Origin: Bryobacterales bacterium
GTDB taxonomy: Bacteria; Acidobacteriota; Terriglobia; Bryobacterales; UBA6623
DNA: 64,000 nt
Assembly: GCA_963422375.2 (NCBI GenBank)
Contig: OY729428.2
Coordinates: 480,001-544,000, forward strand
Direction of reading: 5' to 3'
The notes below the pieces were generated by a model. It ran no database searches. It was given only the letters and a program-made list of their open reading frames with translations, and was not told the origin of the DNA. The position numbers and the translations under genes were made by a program. This document shows positions 39,546 through 50,128 of this stretch, one piece after another. Every line of letters begins with the position of its first letter. The stretch's first letter is position 1.

Positions 39546-41147
39546 CTACCCTAGTTCGTCGCGACGGAAGCGCTCGGCGATTCCGTCGGCCGCTCGCCAC
39601 GACAGCGCGATGTTTGTCAGCGTCGGGTTCTTCTCCGGATACGAAGGGAAGACCGAGGCGTCCGCCACGAAAAGGTTCGGCAGGTCGTGCGACCTGCCCT
39701 GCGGGTCTACGACGGACGAGCGACGATCAGTCCCCATCCTCGTCGTACCGACCCAGTGGTTCAGGTCGACGACCAAGTCATCGACGCCCACGGTCCCCGG
39801 CGTGTCGATGACCTCGCCGTCCCCGGCCCGGATGATTTGCTCGCACTGCTCGACCATGTCCTGCGCCATCGCGACGTCCGAATCGTCGTAGTGCAGATGC
39901 ACCCGAGGCAGGGACATCCCGTACGCGTCCTTCCGGATCGGATCGAGGTCGACGAACTTGTTCCCGGAGATCAGGGTGGTGCCCTGCATGTTCATCCCCG
40001 CATGCCCGACATTCCACTCCCGCAGCCTTCGCTTGAGGGCAACGCCGTAGCCCGGGGCGTTGCGGATCACCCTGCGATGCGCGGTGACGCCCGCGCCGCA
40101 CTGAACTTGGTACGTTCCCTCGAAGTTCGGGTTGGGCCGGTCCCAGTAGAGCCCGGTCAGCAGCGAGTGGTAGTAGCTCGTCCCGTCGTCGTTCGACGCG
40201 TCGCGCCCCACGATCTGGGGGAAGAACCCCCGCACGGTCACGCCGAAGTGGCTGGTCAGGTTCCGGCCGACCTGCCCGCTCGAGTTGGCGATGTCCGAGA
40301 TGAGCAGCAAGCGGGCGGTTTCGACGGCGCTGCAAGACAGCACGACCGCCTTCGCATCGAGTTCCCGGACCGCGCCGCCCTTCGCCTTGTACTCGATGCC
40401 GACCGCTCGGCCGCCCTCGGTCGAGACGCGCACGCGAGTTGCCATGGACTCGGCGAAGATCGTGAGATTGCCGGTCTCCTCGGCCAGCGGGATGGGCGTG
40501 TTCGCAGAGGTGTACTTCGCCTCGACCGCGCAGCCCGAGCAGTGGCCGCAGAAGTGGCACTTCAGCCTGTGCTTCCACTCGGGCCGGTTCGGCGGTTCGG
40601 TCAGCATCGCCTTTCGCTGGGCGACGAAGGCCATCTTCGCGCCGCGCTGGCGAAGCCGCTCCACGCCAAGCCGCAGCTGCTCCTCTCCGCACCGCATCGG
40701 CACTGGCTTGAGGAACTCGCCGTCGGGCATGTTCGACAGCCCGTCGCGATTCCCGTACACCCCCATAAGCCGCTCGGCTCGGCTGTAGTACGGCGCGACT
40801 TCGTCGTAAGAGATCGGCCAAGCTTCGAAATCCCGGGGCCCGAACCGAAGCGAGTGCCCGGCCCAGCAGACCGATCGGCCGCCGAGGGCGCGGATCTGTC
40901 CGTGCCCGGGGCGGTCGCCGACGGGCGTGAAGTGCCCGCGCAAGGAGAAATCGCGCCAGAAGTTTGGGGCGCGTCGGTCACGGTACTCGTAGGGCCAGTG
41001 GTGCCCGTTGTAGTCCACGCCGGCCTGGAGCCGGGGCCCTGCCTCGACGAGCGCCACCCGGAGGCCCGCCTTGGCCAGCGCGTAGGTCGCGATGCCGCCG
41101 CCCGGCCCGCTGCCGACCACGATCACGTCGTACTCGTGGTCAGGCAT
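39546..41147 (-). CDS. GMC-family FAD oxidoreductase
   Basis: VGSGPGGG, LGGRS, VGRNL, GTTRMG and DASVFP...NPTLT motifs. Confidence 0.92.
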   Translation of the reverse strand: MPDHEYDVIVVGSGPGGGIATYALAKAGLRVALVEAGPRLQAGVDYNGHHWPYEYRDRRAPNFWRDFSLRGHFTPVGDRPGHGQIRALGGRSVCWAGHSLRFGPRDFEAWPISYDEVAPYYSRAERLMGVYGNRDGLSNMPDGEFLKPVPMRCGEEQLRLGVERLRQRGAKMAFVAQRKAMLTEPPNRPEWKHRLKCHFCGHCSGCAVEAKYTSANTPIPLAEETGNLTIFAESMATRVRVSTEGGRAVGIEYKAKGGAVRELDAKAVVLSCSAVETARLLLISDIANSSGQVGRNLTSHFGVTVRGFFPQIVGRDASNDDGTSYYHSLLTGLYWDRPNPNFEGTYQVQCGAGVTAHRRVIRNAPGYGVALKRRLREWNVGHAGMNMQGTTLISGNKFVDLDPIRKDAYGMSLPRVHLHYDDSDVAMAQDMVEQCEQIIRAGDGEVIDTPGTVGVDDLVVDLNHWVGTTRMGTDRRSSVVDPQGRSHDLPNLFVADASVFPSYPEKNPTLTNIALSWRAADGIAERFRRDELG

Positions 41148-41329
41148 CCAAGCGACCTCCTTGCAGCGCGGCCTCTCCGCGACCGCTCATTCTACCTCCG
41201 CTGCGGTGGCACGCCATTTCTTCCGCGTTGGCGGCAGTCACACGCCAGGCAGGATGTCGGCGAGGCACTCGAACGCACGCACCCGCGGATCGGGAAGCGG
41301 CTTCCTTCAATTCCTCGTTCAACAGGCCG

Positions 41330-42065
41330 TAGCGGTTGCCCTGCACGCAGCGGCATCCGCAAACGCGACCACCATCAAGGTCTCGCCAGGGCCGCAATTC
41401 AGTTCGCGGGTCGGCAGGTCCTCCCGCCCGAGGCCCTGCCCGCGGCCCCGACAATACGCTTCTTCGACAATCTGGGGCAAGTCCTGGCGGGGGCCGGCTT
41501 GGATCCGTTCGTCGAGGGTGTCTGCCGCCCGGAGTGTCCCTCCGGCTCCTGGCGCCGGGCTACCTGACGGGCTTCGAGTCGGACCGGCGCATCGTGCTCC
41601 AGGCCTGCGACAGCCTCGTCCTGCGCGACTTCCTCGGCTGCGGGCTGCGCGAGGGCCGCTCCGAAGCACTCCTCGCTGTCCCGGACGCGGCGGTTTTCTT
41701 TGGAAGCGCACGCGGAGGACATCGGCTGGATCCTGCGGCGGTGGGACAAGGCGGAGCGGTCCGTGGCCCGCGTGTACGAGACGGCCGCGCTGCGCTGACT
41801 GCAGCAGCGAGGCTTGGAATACGTGACGGAGCGAGTTCTGATCCACGCCTGCGGCTGCAACTTGGGGGTGCTCGTTCGGGCGGTCACGGGGACCTGTGCG
41901 TCGCGGATCCTGCTGGGATGCCGGCTCCGTCTCGGGTCCGTTGCGAGCCTCGCGTGGCGGTATGGGAGCCAGAACCGGCCCAGACCGCGGCTGAACGATC
42001 ACAGTCCGGCAGTGCGAATCCCCAGACGCTAGTCGGATGGCATCCGACTTTTACCTCGGCTGCCG
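41330..42065 (+). pseudogene. Heavily deleted IS5/IS1182-like transposase remnant
   Basis: Fragments DPFVEGVC, GYLTGFESDR.I...CDSL.LRDFLG and LIHACGCNLG in different frames; boundaries approximate. Confidence 0.6.
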
Positions 42066-42617
42066 AGCATCCCCTTGCGCGGGAAATCGCCATCGCGGAG
42101 GCTGGATGCCCGCGAGCCGGAGGTACACTACCGCCGACCCGCGGTGGTGCGCCGAATGCATGTACGCCCGGAGGAAGACGTCCTGCGCCGTATGGACGGG
42201 CGTCCGGCCCATGTCGATGTCGCGCCGGACGAAGTCATTCTCGGTGAGTTCGGAAAGCACCGCGGCAACGTAGTCGTAGGACTCGACCAAGTAGGCCCGC
42301 AACGTGGCCGGATTGATTTCCTCCGCAGGCCGGGGCAGCGGCGTGAGCTTGCCGAAGTCCTTGAAGTAGCTGATATTCGAGCGAATGTAGTGAGCGACCT
42401 GCTCGGCAAAGCTGCGTTGTTCGGGCGTCGGCCTCAACTGGAAATGCTCCGCCGGCATCGCCTCGAGAATCTCGAGAGAGTACTGCTTCTCGACCTCCCA
42501 GTGCGCGAGAAAGTCGTCCCGCAGCCGACGCGCGAAGCTGTTGCTCCAAGCGGATGGGGCCGCGGCGGAGGAAGCGGCGGTCGCGGCGAGGCCGCCGATT
42601 ACCTTGCGTCGGTGCAT
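42051..42617 (-). CDS. DinB-family protein with signal peptide
   Basis: AMPAE...PTPEQRSFAEQVAH; HSAHHRG...YLRL. Confidence 0.85.
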   Translation of the reverse strand: MHRRKVIGGLAATAASSAAAPSAWSNSFARRLRDDFLAHWEVEKQYSLEILEAMPAEHFQLRPTPEQRSFAEQVAHYIRSNISYFKDFGKLTPLPRPAEEINPATLRAYLVESYDYVAAVLSELTENDFVRRDIDMGRTPVHTAQDVFLRAYMHSAHHRGSAVVYLRLAGIQPPRWRFPAQGDARQPR

Positions 42618-42815
42618 GCTGCACGCATCGTAACAACTCGATCCTTCGGCCGCCGGCGGCTCGGGCTAGCGTCGACCGGCCAGCCCGGTCCCGCCCGATT
42701 CCGGGCGAGAGGTCGTCGATTCGCTGCGTAGCAGCATCGGAGGGCTGGTCTTCGATGCGACGGCCGCTCGAATCCGTGCGACTGCCGGTCGCGAGCGCTT
42801 TGCTACGTTGATGCC

Positions 42816-43997
42816 GTGAGACCGCTGCCAGCCGCGCTCGTCGCAATCGCCGCCCTAGCCTGCGCGCCTTCCTCCGAGCAAGCTTCCGAAGGAGGTGCCC
42901 GGGCCGTCTCCCCGAGGACCGTGTTCGGGGACGACCGAGGCCAGACCCTGGCGGTCCTGGCGGGGAAGACGCTGTACCTGAGCGGAGTGGGCCCCTCGGA
43001 TATCCGGGCCGAGATCGGAGATCAGACCCGCTCGGCCATGGACCGCCTAGGGGAGATCCTGGCCCGGGCCGAGCTCGACCATTCGCACTTGGTGAGCTGT
43101 CACGTCCACCTAGCGGACATGGACAGCTACTCTGGCATGAACTCCGTCTACGGCTCGTATTTCGAGGAAGGCAGCTATCCCGCTCGCACCACGATTGAGA
43201 TGCCGGGCCTGCCGGACGGGGCGGGCGTGCTCCTGATGTGCGTCGCGTACGCCGACCCCGCCGGGATCGCGGTAGTCCGCCCGCCGAGCGAAGAGATCCC
43301 GCCGGCCATGGGACCCTATTCGCCCGCTGTCAGGGCGGGAGCCACGGTCTACCTGTCGGGCCAGGGCGGGCGCGATCCGGTCACGGGAACCATTGCCGAG
43401 TCCACCCCGGGTCAAGCCGAGCAGACTCTCCGTACGATCGGCGCGATCCTTGGCGCAGCTGATCTAGGCTATGACAACGCCGTCCTAGGCAACTCCTACG
43501 TGCCGCCGTCAGCCGACGTTGCGGCCGTTCAGGCGGCGTTCGAGTCCGTCTTCAGCCCGGGCGGCGCGCCAAGCGGCTCGACCGTGGCCCTCTCGCGCCT
43601 GCCGGGGGACATCCTAGTCGAAATCACGTTCGTGGCTACCAGCGACAGGTATGTCACGCGGCTGTTCATGCACGACCAGCCCCCCAGCGGCGCGTCCAGC
43701 CCGGTGTCCCTGACCGGAGGCGTCGCCTACACCAGCGCGACGCCCGGAACGGGCGAGACCTTCCGCGAGCAATTCGAGAGCGCGGCAAGCGCGCAGGCCT
43801 CGGCGCTGAACCTAGCCATTCTGGGTCTTCCCAACGCGGTCCGGGTCATCGCGTACCTGAGCGATATGGAGAACCTGAGCGAGCTGCGCGAGCTGATGGC
43901 CGAGACCTTCCCCGTGGACCCGCCGGCCCTGACGGCGGTCCAGACTCGCGCGGACGGGGGCTCCCTAGTTGCGCTGGAAATGATCGCCGTGCAGTGA
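42816..43997 (+). CDS. Lipoprotein with three tandem RidA/YjgF domains
   Basis: Lipobox-like ALAC; TLYLSG...YPARTT; GPYSPAV..G.TVYLSGQ; third degenerate unit ending LVALEMIA. Confidence 0.82.
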   Translation: MRPLPAALVAIAALACAPSSEQASEGGARAVSPRTVFGDDRGQTLAVLAGKTLYLSGVGPSDIRAEIGDQTRSAMDRLGEILARAELDHSHLVSCHVHLADMDSYSGMNSVYGSYFEEGSYPARTTIEMPGLPDGAGVLLMCVAYADPAGIAVVRPPSEEIPPAMGPYSPAVRAGATVYLSGQGGRDPVTGTIAESTPGQAEQTLRTIGAILGAADLGYDNAVLGNSYVPPSADVAAVQAAFESVFSPGGAPSGSTVALSRLPGDILVEITFVATSDRYVTRLFMHDQPPSGASSPVSLTGGVAYTSATPGTGETFREQFESAASAQASALNLAILGLPNAVRVIAYLSDMENLSELRELMAETFPVDPPALTAVQTRADGGSLVALEMIAVQ

Positions 43998-44036
43998 GCT
44001 CGTGCCGCCGGACCGGCCGGAAACCGGCTTGTTAGC

Positions 44037-45098
44037 ATGGAGAGCTTAATGCATCCTACCGCCCAGAAGGAAGCTCTTCTAAACCAACCGACACAGCCGT
44101 TCCAGATTAGCAGCGACAACTCGGCCTCTTCCCTGCTCGAGAAAATGGCCCAGACCGGCTTCCAGGGCCGCCAGCTTGGCGAAGCGTTCGACGTCTGGAA
44201 GGAGATGCTGGCCGACCCCGAATGCACCATTCTGATGGGAGTATCGGGGGCCATGGTACCCGCCGGCATGCGCCGGGTAGTGCGGTTCATGGTCGAGAAT
44301 CGCCTGATCGACATCCTGACCTCGACCGGGGCGAACTTCTTCCACGACATTCACGAGAGCAGGGGATTCCGTCACTACCAAGGCTCGCCGGACATGGACG
44401 ACGAGGCGCTGGGCGAGGTGATGGTGGACCGGATGTACGACGTGCTCGCGGACGAGGTGCGGTTCCGCGAGCACGACCTCTGGATCGGCAGCTTCGCCTC
44501 GCGCCTAGACCAGACCCGGCCCTACACGACCCGGGAGTTCCTGTATCTCCTAGGGCAGGAGGTGGGCCGTGACTGCGCCGAGGACGGAATCGTCACCTCG
44601 GCGGCCAAATGCGGCGTGCCTCTCTTTTGCCCCGCCATCGGGGACAGCTCCATCGGCATCGGCGTGGCGGAGAGCCGCCATCGCGGAGAGAACAGGCTGA
44701 TGTTCGACATGATGGCCGACGTGCTCGAGATCACCAGCGCCGTGGCCGACTCGAAGGCCACCGGCGTGATCTACTTCGGCGGGGGCACTCCGAAGAACTA
44801 CACTCAGCAGTCGGAGGTGGTCGCCATCCTGATGGACCGGGGCAAGAGCGGGCATCGCTACGGCCTGCAGATCGTAACCGACGCGCCGCACTGGGGCGGG
44901 CTCTCCGGCTGCACGCTGGCCGAGTCACAGAGCTGGGGCAAGATCGCCAAGGGAGCCAGAATGGTGGACTGCCATTGCGATTCGACGATCGCAATGCCCC
45001 TGCTGGTTTCGGCGCTGGCCGAACAGAAGGACCTGATCGCAAACCGCCGACCGCCGGGATTCGACATGGGCCGGGTCCTGCGCCTCCGGCTGCCCTGA
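44037..45098 (+). CDS. Deoxyhypusine synthase-like protein (probable homospermidine synthase)
   Basis: TGFQG, STGAN..HD, GGGTPKN, GGLSGCT..E..SWGK motifs. Confidence 0.9.
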   Translation: MESLMHPTAQKEALLNQPTQPFQISSDNSASSLLEKMAQTGFQGRQLGEAFDVWKEMLADPECTILMGVSGAMVPAGMRRVVRFMVENRLIDILTSTGANFFHDIHESRGFRHYQGSPDMDDEALGEVMVDRMYDVLADEVRFREHDLWIGSFASRLDQTRPYTTREFLYLLGQEVGRDCAEDGIVTSAAKCGVPLFCPAIGDSSIGIGVAESRHRGENRLMFDMMADVLEITSAVADSKATGVIYFGGGTPKNYTQQSEVVAILMDRGKSGHRYGLQIVTDAPHWGGLSGCTLAESQSWGKIAKGARMVDCHCDSTIAMPLLVSALAEQKDLIANRRPPGFDMGRVLRLRLP

Positions 45099-45110
45099 GT
45101 GCGCGACGGG

Positions 45111-48100
45111 CTAGCGCAGCCGGCTCAGGTATTCCACGAGATCGATCAGTTCGTCGACGCTCATCTGCTCCTGCAGGTCGTCGGGCATGGCAGAGACCGC
45201 GGACAAGCGCCGTTCGAGGATCTCGGCCTTCGCGAAATCGGCGACGACACCGCCCTCCATGCGCAGCGTCACGGAATCGCCGGTCTCGTCGATCACGAAT
45301 CCGGAGACCTCGTCGCGGCCGCGGACCGAGAGCAGCGTCAGGTCGAAGGTCGGCGACACCCCCGCGCTCGGGTCGAGGATCGATTCGTAGATCCCTGCCT
45401 TCGGCAGCTTGTTCCCGATCTTCGACAGTTCCGGGCCGAAGTTCGTGCCCGACCCGTTGACGACGTGGCAGTCGCCGCAGGTCGCGCTCTCGAAGACCTC
45501 GGCGCCATTCTCCGTGTCGCCGACGTAGACGAGGAGCTCCGTCATTTGAGGCAGCGGCTCGCGGTTCCGCATCGGAGGGATGGGGAAGTACTTGGCCGCC
45601 TCGTCGCGCAAGCGGACGTGCATCGAGCGGGTAAGCGACGCGCCCGCGACCTCGGCGATGTCCGGCGGGAACTCGCCGCGCCGCGCCAAGGCCACCAGCG
45701 CTTCCGCGCCCTGGCTGAAGCCCGCCAGCGAGCGCGCGGCGCGGTCCCGGACCGGCGGGGGCAGCCCCACGTCTAGCAGCACGCTTCGCAGCAGGGGAAC
45801 CGACTCCTCGGTGCGCGCGTTCCCGACGGCCTTGACAACGCCCGCCGCAAGTTCGGGCTCGGACCGCACGAACTCCAAGATGGCCGGACCCATGTCGGCC
45901 TCCAAGAGGGTACGGATCGATGCCATCCCGACGGAGCTGTCCATGTTGCGCGCCGCCGCTTCGATGAGCGACGGGTAATGCGCGGCCAGCTCGTACCGGG
46001 AAACGAGCCTGGCGAACTGGGCGGTGGCCTCGCCACGAGCGAGAAGATCCTCGACGGATCTGCGGGCGGACGGATCGGATTCCAAGTCGAGTTTCGGCAG
46101 GCGCAGCAGGGCCTCGGCTGCGACGAAGAAGTCCTTGGGCCGGCCGTCGGCCGGGGGCGCGAGCGCCAGTCGACGCAGGACTCGCTCCTTCGCGAGACTC
46201 TGGGGCTGGAAGTCGAAGGCGCGCAAGTAGCGCGCCGCCGCGGCCTCGTTCCCGCGCATATCGGTGCTGCGCAGGATTCTGGACAGGTAGGCCGGCGTGA
46301 CGGACCCGCGAGAGCGCCAGATAACGTCGCGGCCGGAGGCCGAGCTCCAATCGGCGCCGGCCGTCGCCAGCCACTTCGCGAGGCAGGCGTCCCAGTTTCC
46401 GTCCGCACCTATTCCCAAGGCCTCCAAGGACCACCGGTCGCCGGCAACGTGCTGGTTCGCGAGCTTGGCCCACAGCTCCGCCGCACGCGGGGAGGACAGG
46501 TCCCTCAGCGCGATCGCGCACTCGCGCCGTACGTGAGGCGACGGGTCCGAGGCGAGCGCCTCGATGACCGGCAGCAGGTTCATTCCGCGTCGGCGGGTCG
46601 CGCGAAGGCCAACGATCCGAATGTCCTCGTCGCCGTCCGCGAGAGCCTCGCGCACGTAATCCGGCCCGCGCTCGGGGAGCCGAGCCAGCAGCCAGAGCGC
46701 TCTGGCCCGGTGCCGAACTTCGGCACCTTCCCGGAACAGCCGGGCCAGCAGCGCCTCGGCCTCTCGCCGCGCATCGTCGAGGAACGTCCAAGCTAGGTAG
46801 CGAACGGCGTAGTTCGGGCTCTTCAAGGCCTCGACGGCGCCTTCCGCGGTCTCGAATTCGTGCCGCGGCGGGCGGTAGCTGTGCCCGGCCGGAGCGATGC
46901 GGAAGATCCGGCCCCTCCCGGTGTCCTCCTGCCGGTTCCAACCGATGACGGGGTCGTACCAGTCGCTCACGAAGACCGAGCCGTCGGGCGCCACGGCGAC
47001 ATCGACCGGCCGCACCCACTTGTCCCGCTCTGCCTTGAGAAGGTCCACCATGCTGGCCGAGTACCCTGCCCCGCGCTTCTCGGCGAGGATTCCCCTGAGC
47101 ACGCCCGGGCCGGCGTCGGTCGCGAGGATCTGGTCCCAGAACTCCCGCGGCAGCAGCCTTCCCTCGTATGAGGTGACTCCGGTCGGGGAGCCCGCGCCGG
47201 TGATCAGGAGGTTCGGCACGACGCCCGGATCGTTCTGATGCCAGTGGCGATGAGGGATCTCCTCGTGCTGGCCGGTGCGCTCGGCTTGGTTGCTCGCGCC
47301 CGTCATTTGATCGCGGTAGCCGTAGTTGCCGTGCTCGAGCAGATAGTTGATGCGACAGGCGTAGCTTCCGTCGTCGTCGTTGTCGGACTGCCAAACGCCG
47401 CCCAGCGAGTCGACCGCCACTTCGTAGTTGTTGCGGAAGTTGTGGCCCAGCACCTCCATGCCCGTTCCGTCGAAGTCGCAGCGGAACGCCATGCCGCCTT
47501 GGTAGGGGCTCGCCAGGCCGGCGAGCTTGAGCGCGAACTCCGGCCAGTCCCCGTCCGGGTTGTCACGCACGGCCCGCGCGAAGTTCCGGTCTAGCACCGG
47601 GTGCCCGGTCCCGTCCCTCGCGAGCCGCCCGTCCCTGTCGTGGACATAGCGACCGGCGTTGCCCATGTTCCAGTAGAAGCTCCCGTCCGGCCCGAAGGAC
47701 AGCGAGTGGGTCGAGTGGTCGTTCTGCGGGGCGCCGGAATTGACGAACAGGTACTCCTTGCGATCCGGTCGGTCGTCGCCGTCCTCGTCCGTGAACACCA
47801 GCACGTTGGGTGCGGCCGTCACGATCACCTGGTTCCCCAGGACTGCGATTCCGAGCGCAGCGTCCACGTCGCGACCTTGGTAGTAGACCTTGGAGGAGTC
47901 GGCCGCTCCGTCCGCGTCGGTGTCCTCGAGAATGAGAATGCGGTCGCCCTCGGGACGCTCGTCGTTGCGCGCGTGCTCGCGATAGTTCACGACGTCGCAG
48001 GCCCAGACCCGTCCGCGGTGGTCGATGTCGATGTTGGTGGGATTCGACAGGGCCGGCTCGGCTGCGAACAGGGTCGCCTCCAAGCCCGGATACAGGTCGA

Positions 48101-48227
48101 GACTCGCTACTGCCCGGCCGGAATCGCGACGGTCCTCGGCGGACGGCGAGCACGCGAGACACGCCGCGAGCAGCCCGGCGGCGAGAGCCGGACCGTACGC
48201 GGGGCGGAACGCAGTCATCTGGAGCAT
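45111..48227 (-). CDS. PVC-type membrane-bound dehydrogenase with HEAT repeats and CxxCH cytochrome c
   Basis: Lipobox; LFAAEP...NPTNIDIDHRGRVW, GHNFRNNYE, CGDCH...GPELS, SAMP motifs. Confidence 0.88.
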   Translation of the reverse strand: MLQMTAFRPAYGPALAAGLLAACLACSPSAEDRRDSGRAVASLDLYPGLEATLFAAEPALSNPTNIDIDHRGRVWACDVVNYREHARNDERPEGDRILILEDTDADGAADSSKVYYQGRDVDAALGIAVLGNQVIVTAAPNVLVFTDEDGDDRPDRKEYLFVNSGAPQNDHSTHSLSFGPDGSFYWNMGNAGRYVHDRDGRLARDGTGHPVLDRNFARAVRDNPDGDWPEFALKLAGLASPYQGGMAFRCDFDGTGMEVLGHNFRNNYEVAVDSLGGVWQSDNDDDGSYACRINYLLEHGNYGYRDQMTGASNQAERTGQHEEIPHRHWHQNDPGVVPNLLITGAGSPTGVTSYEGRLLPREFWDQILATDAGPGVLRGILAEKRGAGYSASMVDLLKAERDKWVRPVDVAVAPDGSVFVSDWYDPVIGWNRQEDTGRGRIFRIAPAGHSYRPPRHEFETAEGAVEALKSPNYAVRYLAWTFLDDARREAEALLARLFREGAEVRHRARALWLLARLPERGPDYVREALADGDEDIRIVGLRATRRRGMNLLPVIEALASDPSPHVRRECAIALRDLSSPRAAELWAKLANQHVAGDRWSLEALGIGADGNWDACLAKWLATAGADWSSASGRDVIWRSRGSVTPAYLSRILRSTDMRGNEAAAARYLRAFDFQPQSLAKERVLRRLALAPPADGRPKDFFVAAEALLRLPKLDLESDPSARRSVEDLLARGEATAQFARLVSRYELAAHYPSLIEAAARNMDSSVGMASIRTLLEADMGPAILEFVRSEPELAAGVVKAVGNARTEESVPLLRSVLLDVGLPPPVRDRAARSLAGFSQGAEALVALARRGEFPPDIAEVAGASLTRSMHVRLRDEAAKYFPIPPMRNREPLPQMTELLVYVGDTENGAEVFESATCGDCHVVNGSGTNFGPELSKIGNKLPKAGIYESILDPSAGVSPTFDLTLLSVRGRDEVSGFVIDETGDSVTLRMEGGVVADFAKAEILERRLSAVSAMPDDLQEQMSVDELIDLVEYLSRLR

Positions 48228-48409
48228 CGGGCCGGGACGGGCGGCGAGCGAGCGAGCCTTGCGGGCAGGCCGAGCGGCCCGCCGACCAAGGACACTACCG
48301 GACCGCTCGCTCGCGGCAGCCAAGCGAGCGAGGGTCTGAATCACCGGACCCGGAACACCGCGGCTTCCGACGAGGAACTCGCGGGAAGCGCGACGGGGCG
48401 GCAGCATCC

Positions 48410-49477
48410 CTACCTCAGCCACTCGTAGAGGGCCTCGGCCACGTCGTCTGTGTCGTCGAGGTGCGGGTAGGCCCGGCAAACCCGGTCGATCTCGTCCAGC
48501 TGGCCCGGGGAGAGCCCCTCGTTCTCGTCCAGGCACCAAATGCCCTCCAACAGGCCCTGTCTGCGCAGCACCTCGTGGATGCCCGGGATGCAGCCCGCGA
48601 AGCCGTTGCGGGCGTCGAACACGGCGGCGTTCGCGTCGGTCACCTGGAGACCGAGATCCAGCAACTGGACGACATCCCCCTCTATCCGCTGGTCGCGCAA
48701 GGCGACCGAGCGACTCCAGCAATTGCATGCGTAGCGCGTCCACATTGCCCAGTGCCCGAGCAATCCGCCCGCGAAACGGACATCCATCCCGCGATGGGAG
48801 AACTTGGTCAGCAAATCGACCACGATGCTGTCGTCATTGCCGGTATACAGAGCGATCTCCCGGGCGCGACCCGAGTCGCACACCGCGCGCATGACATCGA
48901 GCGTCCGGTAGCGGTCGAACGGTGCGACCTTGATGGCCATCACGTTTTCGATCCGGCAGAATTCGCGCCAGAAGTCGTAAGACAGCGGCACGCCCCCGAC
49001 GGCCGGCTGCAAGTAGAAGCCCATCAGGGGCATGACCTGGGACACGGCCCGGGCGCGATCCAGCAAGGCGCGCGTGTCCGCGCCCTCGAAGCCCGCGTAG
49101 CCCAGCAGCCCGAGATGGTAGCCGAGGCGGACCGCGGTTTCCGCTTCGGCCACGGCCTGCTCGGTCCGGCCCAGAAGGCCGGCCACGCGGATCATCGGTC
49201 CTCCACCCAGCCGCCCGGACTCGTTGAGCGTCTCCGCGGCGAGCGCGAGCACGGGCTCGTACAGTCCCACCGCAGGATCGCGGATCGCGAACTGCGTCGT
49301 ATGCACCCCGACAGCGACGCCGCCCGCCCCGGCCCACCGGTAGTAGCGCGTGAGGGCGCGCTGCCTGCGCTCGTCGAGACGCCGCCGGGCGTCCAGCGCC
49401 AGGGGATGGGCAGGAATGACGGCGCCGGACCGCAGGGCCTGCGCGACCTCGGGGTCCAGCTCGGGCAGCACTCCCAC
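48410..49477 (-). CDS. DapA/dihydrodipicolinate synthase family protein
   Basis: IPAHPLAL, GVHTTQF, FYLQPAVGG, AIKVAPF and LYTGNDD motifs. Confidence 0.85.
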   Translation of the reverse strand: MGVLPELDPEVAQALRSGAVIPAHPLALDARRRLDERRQRALTRYYRWAGAGGVAVGVHTTQFAIRDPAVGLYEPVLALAAETLNESGRLGGGPMIRVAGLLGRTEQAVAEAETAVRLGYHLGLLGYAGFEGADTRALLDRARAVSQVMPLMGFYLQPAVGGVPLSYDFWREFCRIENVMAIKVAPFDRYRTLDVMRAVCDSGRAREIALYTGNDDSIVVDLLTKFSHRGMDVRFAGGLLGHWAMWTRYACNCWSRSVALRDQRIEGDVVQLLDLGLQVTDANAAVFDARNGFAGCIPGIHEVLRRQGLLEGIWCLDENEGLSPGQLDEIDRVCRAYPHLDDTDDVAEALYEWLR

Positions 49478-49512
49478 CGGCTAGCGACCGTCCGGCTCCG
49501 TCTGCCCGCGGC

Positions 49513-50073
49513 TCACGCCGTCGGCCGGACGGACAGAGCCGTGCCGGTCAGGCGCGCGACGATCTCCGACGCGGCCGCCCCGGCCCGGGCCTCGATCTCC
49601 GACGGGAGCCGATCCTGAATGGGATGCGGCACGTAGACCGCGTCCAAGTCGGCACGGCCCAAGGCCGCCGCCTGCGCGCGGGCGGCCGAGCGGAAGACGT
49701 CGGTGGCGACCGCTACCGCGGGGATGCCGGCGTTCTCGATGCGAACCGTGTCGTGCAAACTGCACGTCGTGCAGGACCCTCAATCGGCAAGCGCCTCCAC
49801 GATGGCGTGCGGCTGCGCCTTGCGCATGTCGGCCAGAACGCCTTCGGGCGCGGGCTTGGCGAAGGTCGGCTTGCGGAAGCGCAGGACCTCGGCCACTCCG
49901 AACCGCTGTTCGAGCAGGGCCCCGAGGCGATCCAAGAACACCGAGCCCCCCGGCTTGCTGATGTCGAGCAGGGCAACGCGCTTGCCCCGCAGCGTGGCCA
50001 GCCGCGGCGGCGCCGCGACCGTCGGCGGCACCCGCTCGTCCATGGGGTTGACTAGCGTGGCGGCCACTTCCAT
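49513..50073 (-). CDS. UGSC-family selenoprotein (in-frame TGA = Sec at 49780-49782), 186 aa
   Basis: Track ORFs 49780-50106 and 49513-49758 are in the same frame, giving ALAD-U-GSCTTCSLHD; GGAGG upstream of ATG 50073. Confidence 0.88.
49752..49766 (-). promoter_or_regulatory. Candidate bacterial SECIS hairpin
   Basis: CGUGCA-GUU-UGCACG stem-loop 14-28 nt 3' of the UGA, with G in the loop. Confidence 0.6.
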
Positions 50074-50128
50074 ATCCCTCCGATCCAATCCGGCGGTCGC
50101 CAGCATAGCAGCGCCGCTCGCGCCGGCG

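Noticed and set aside
48228..48743. N-terminal extension of the cytochrome dehydrogenase
   Set aside because: Overlaps the DapA-family gene out of frame; the lipoprotein signal begins at about 48227
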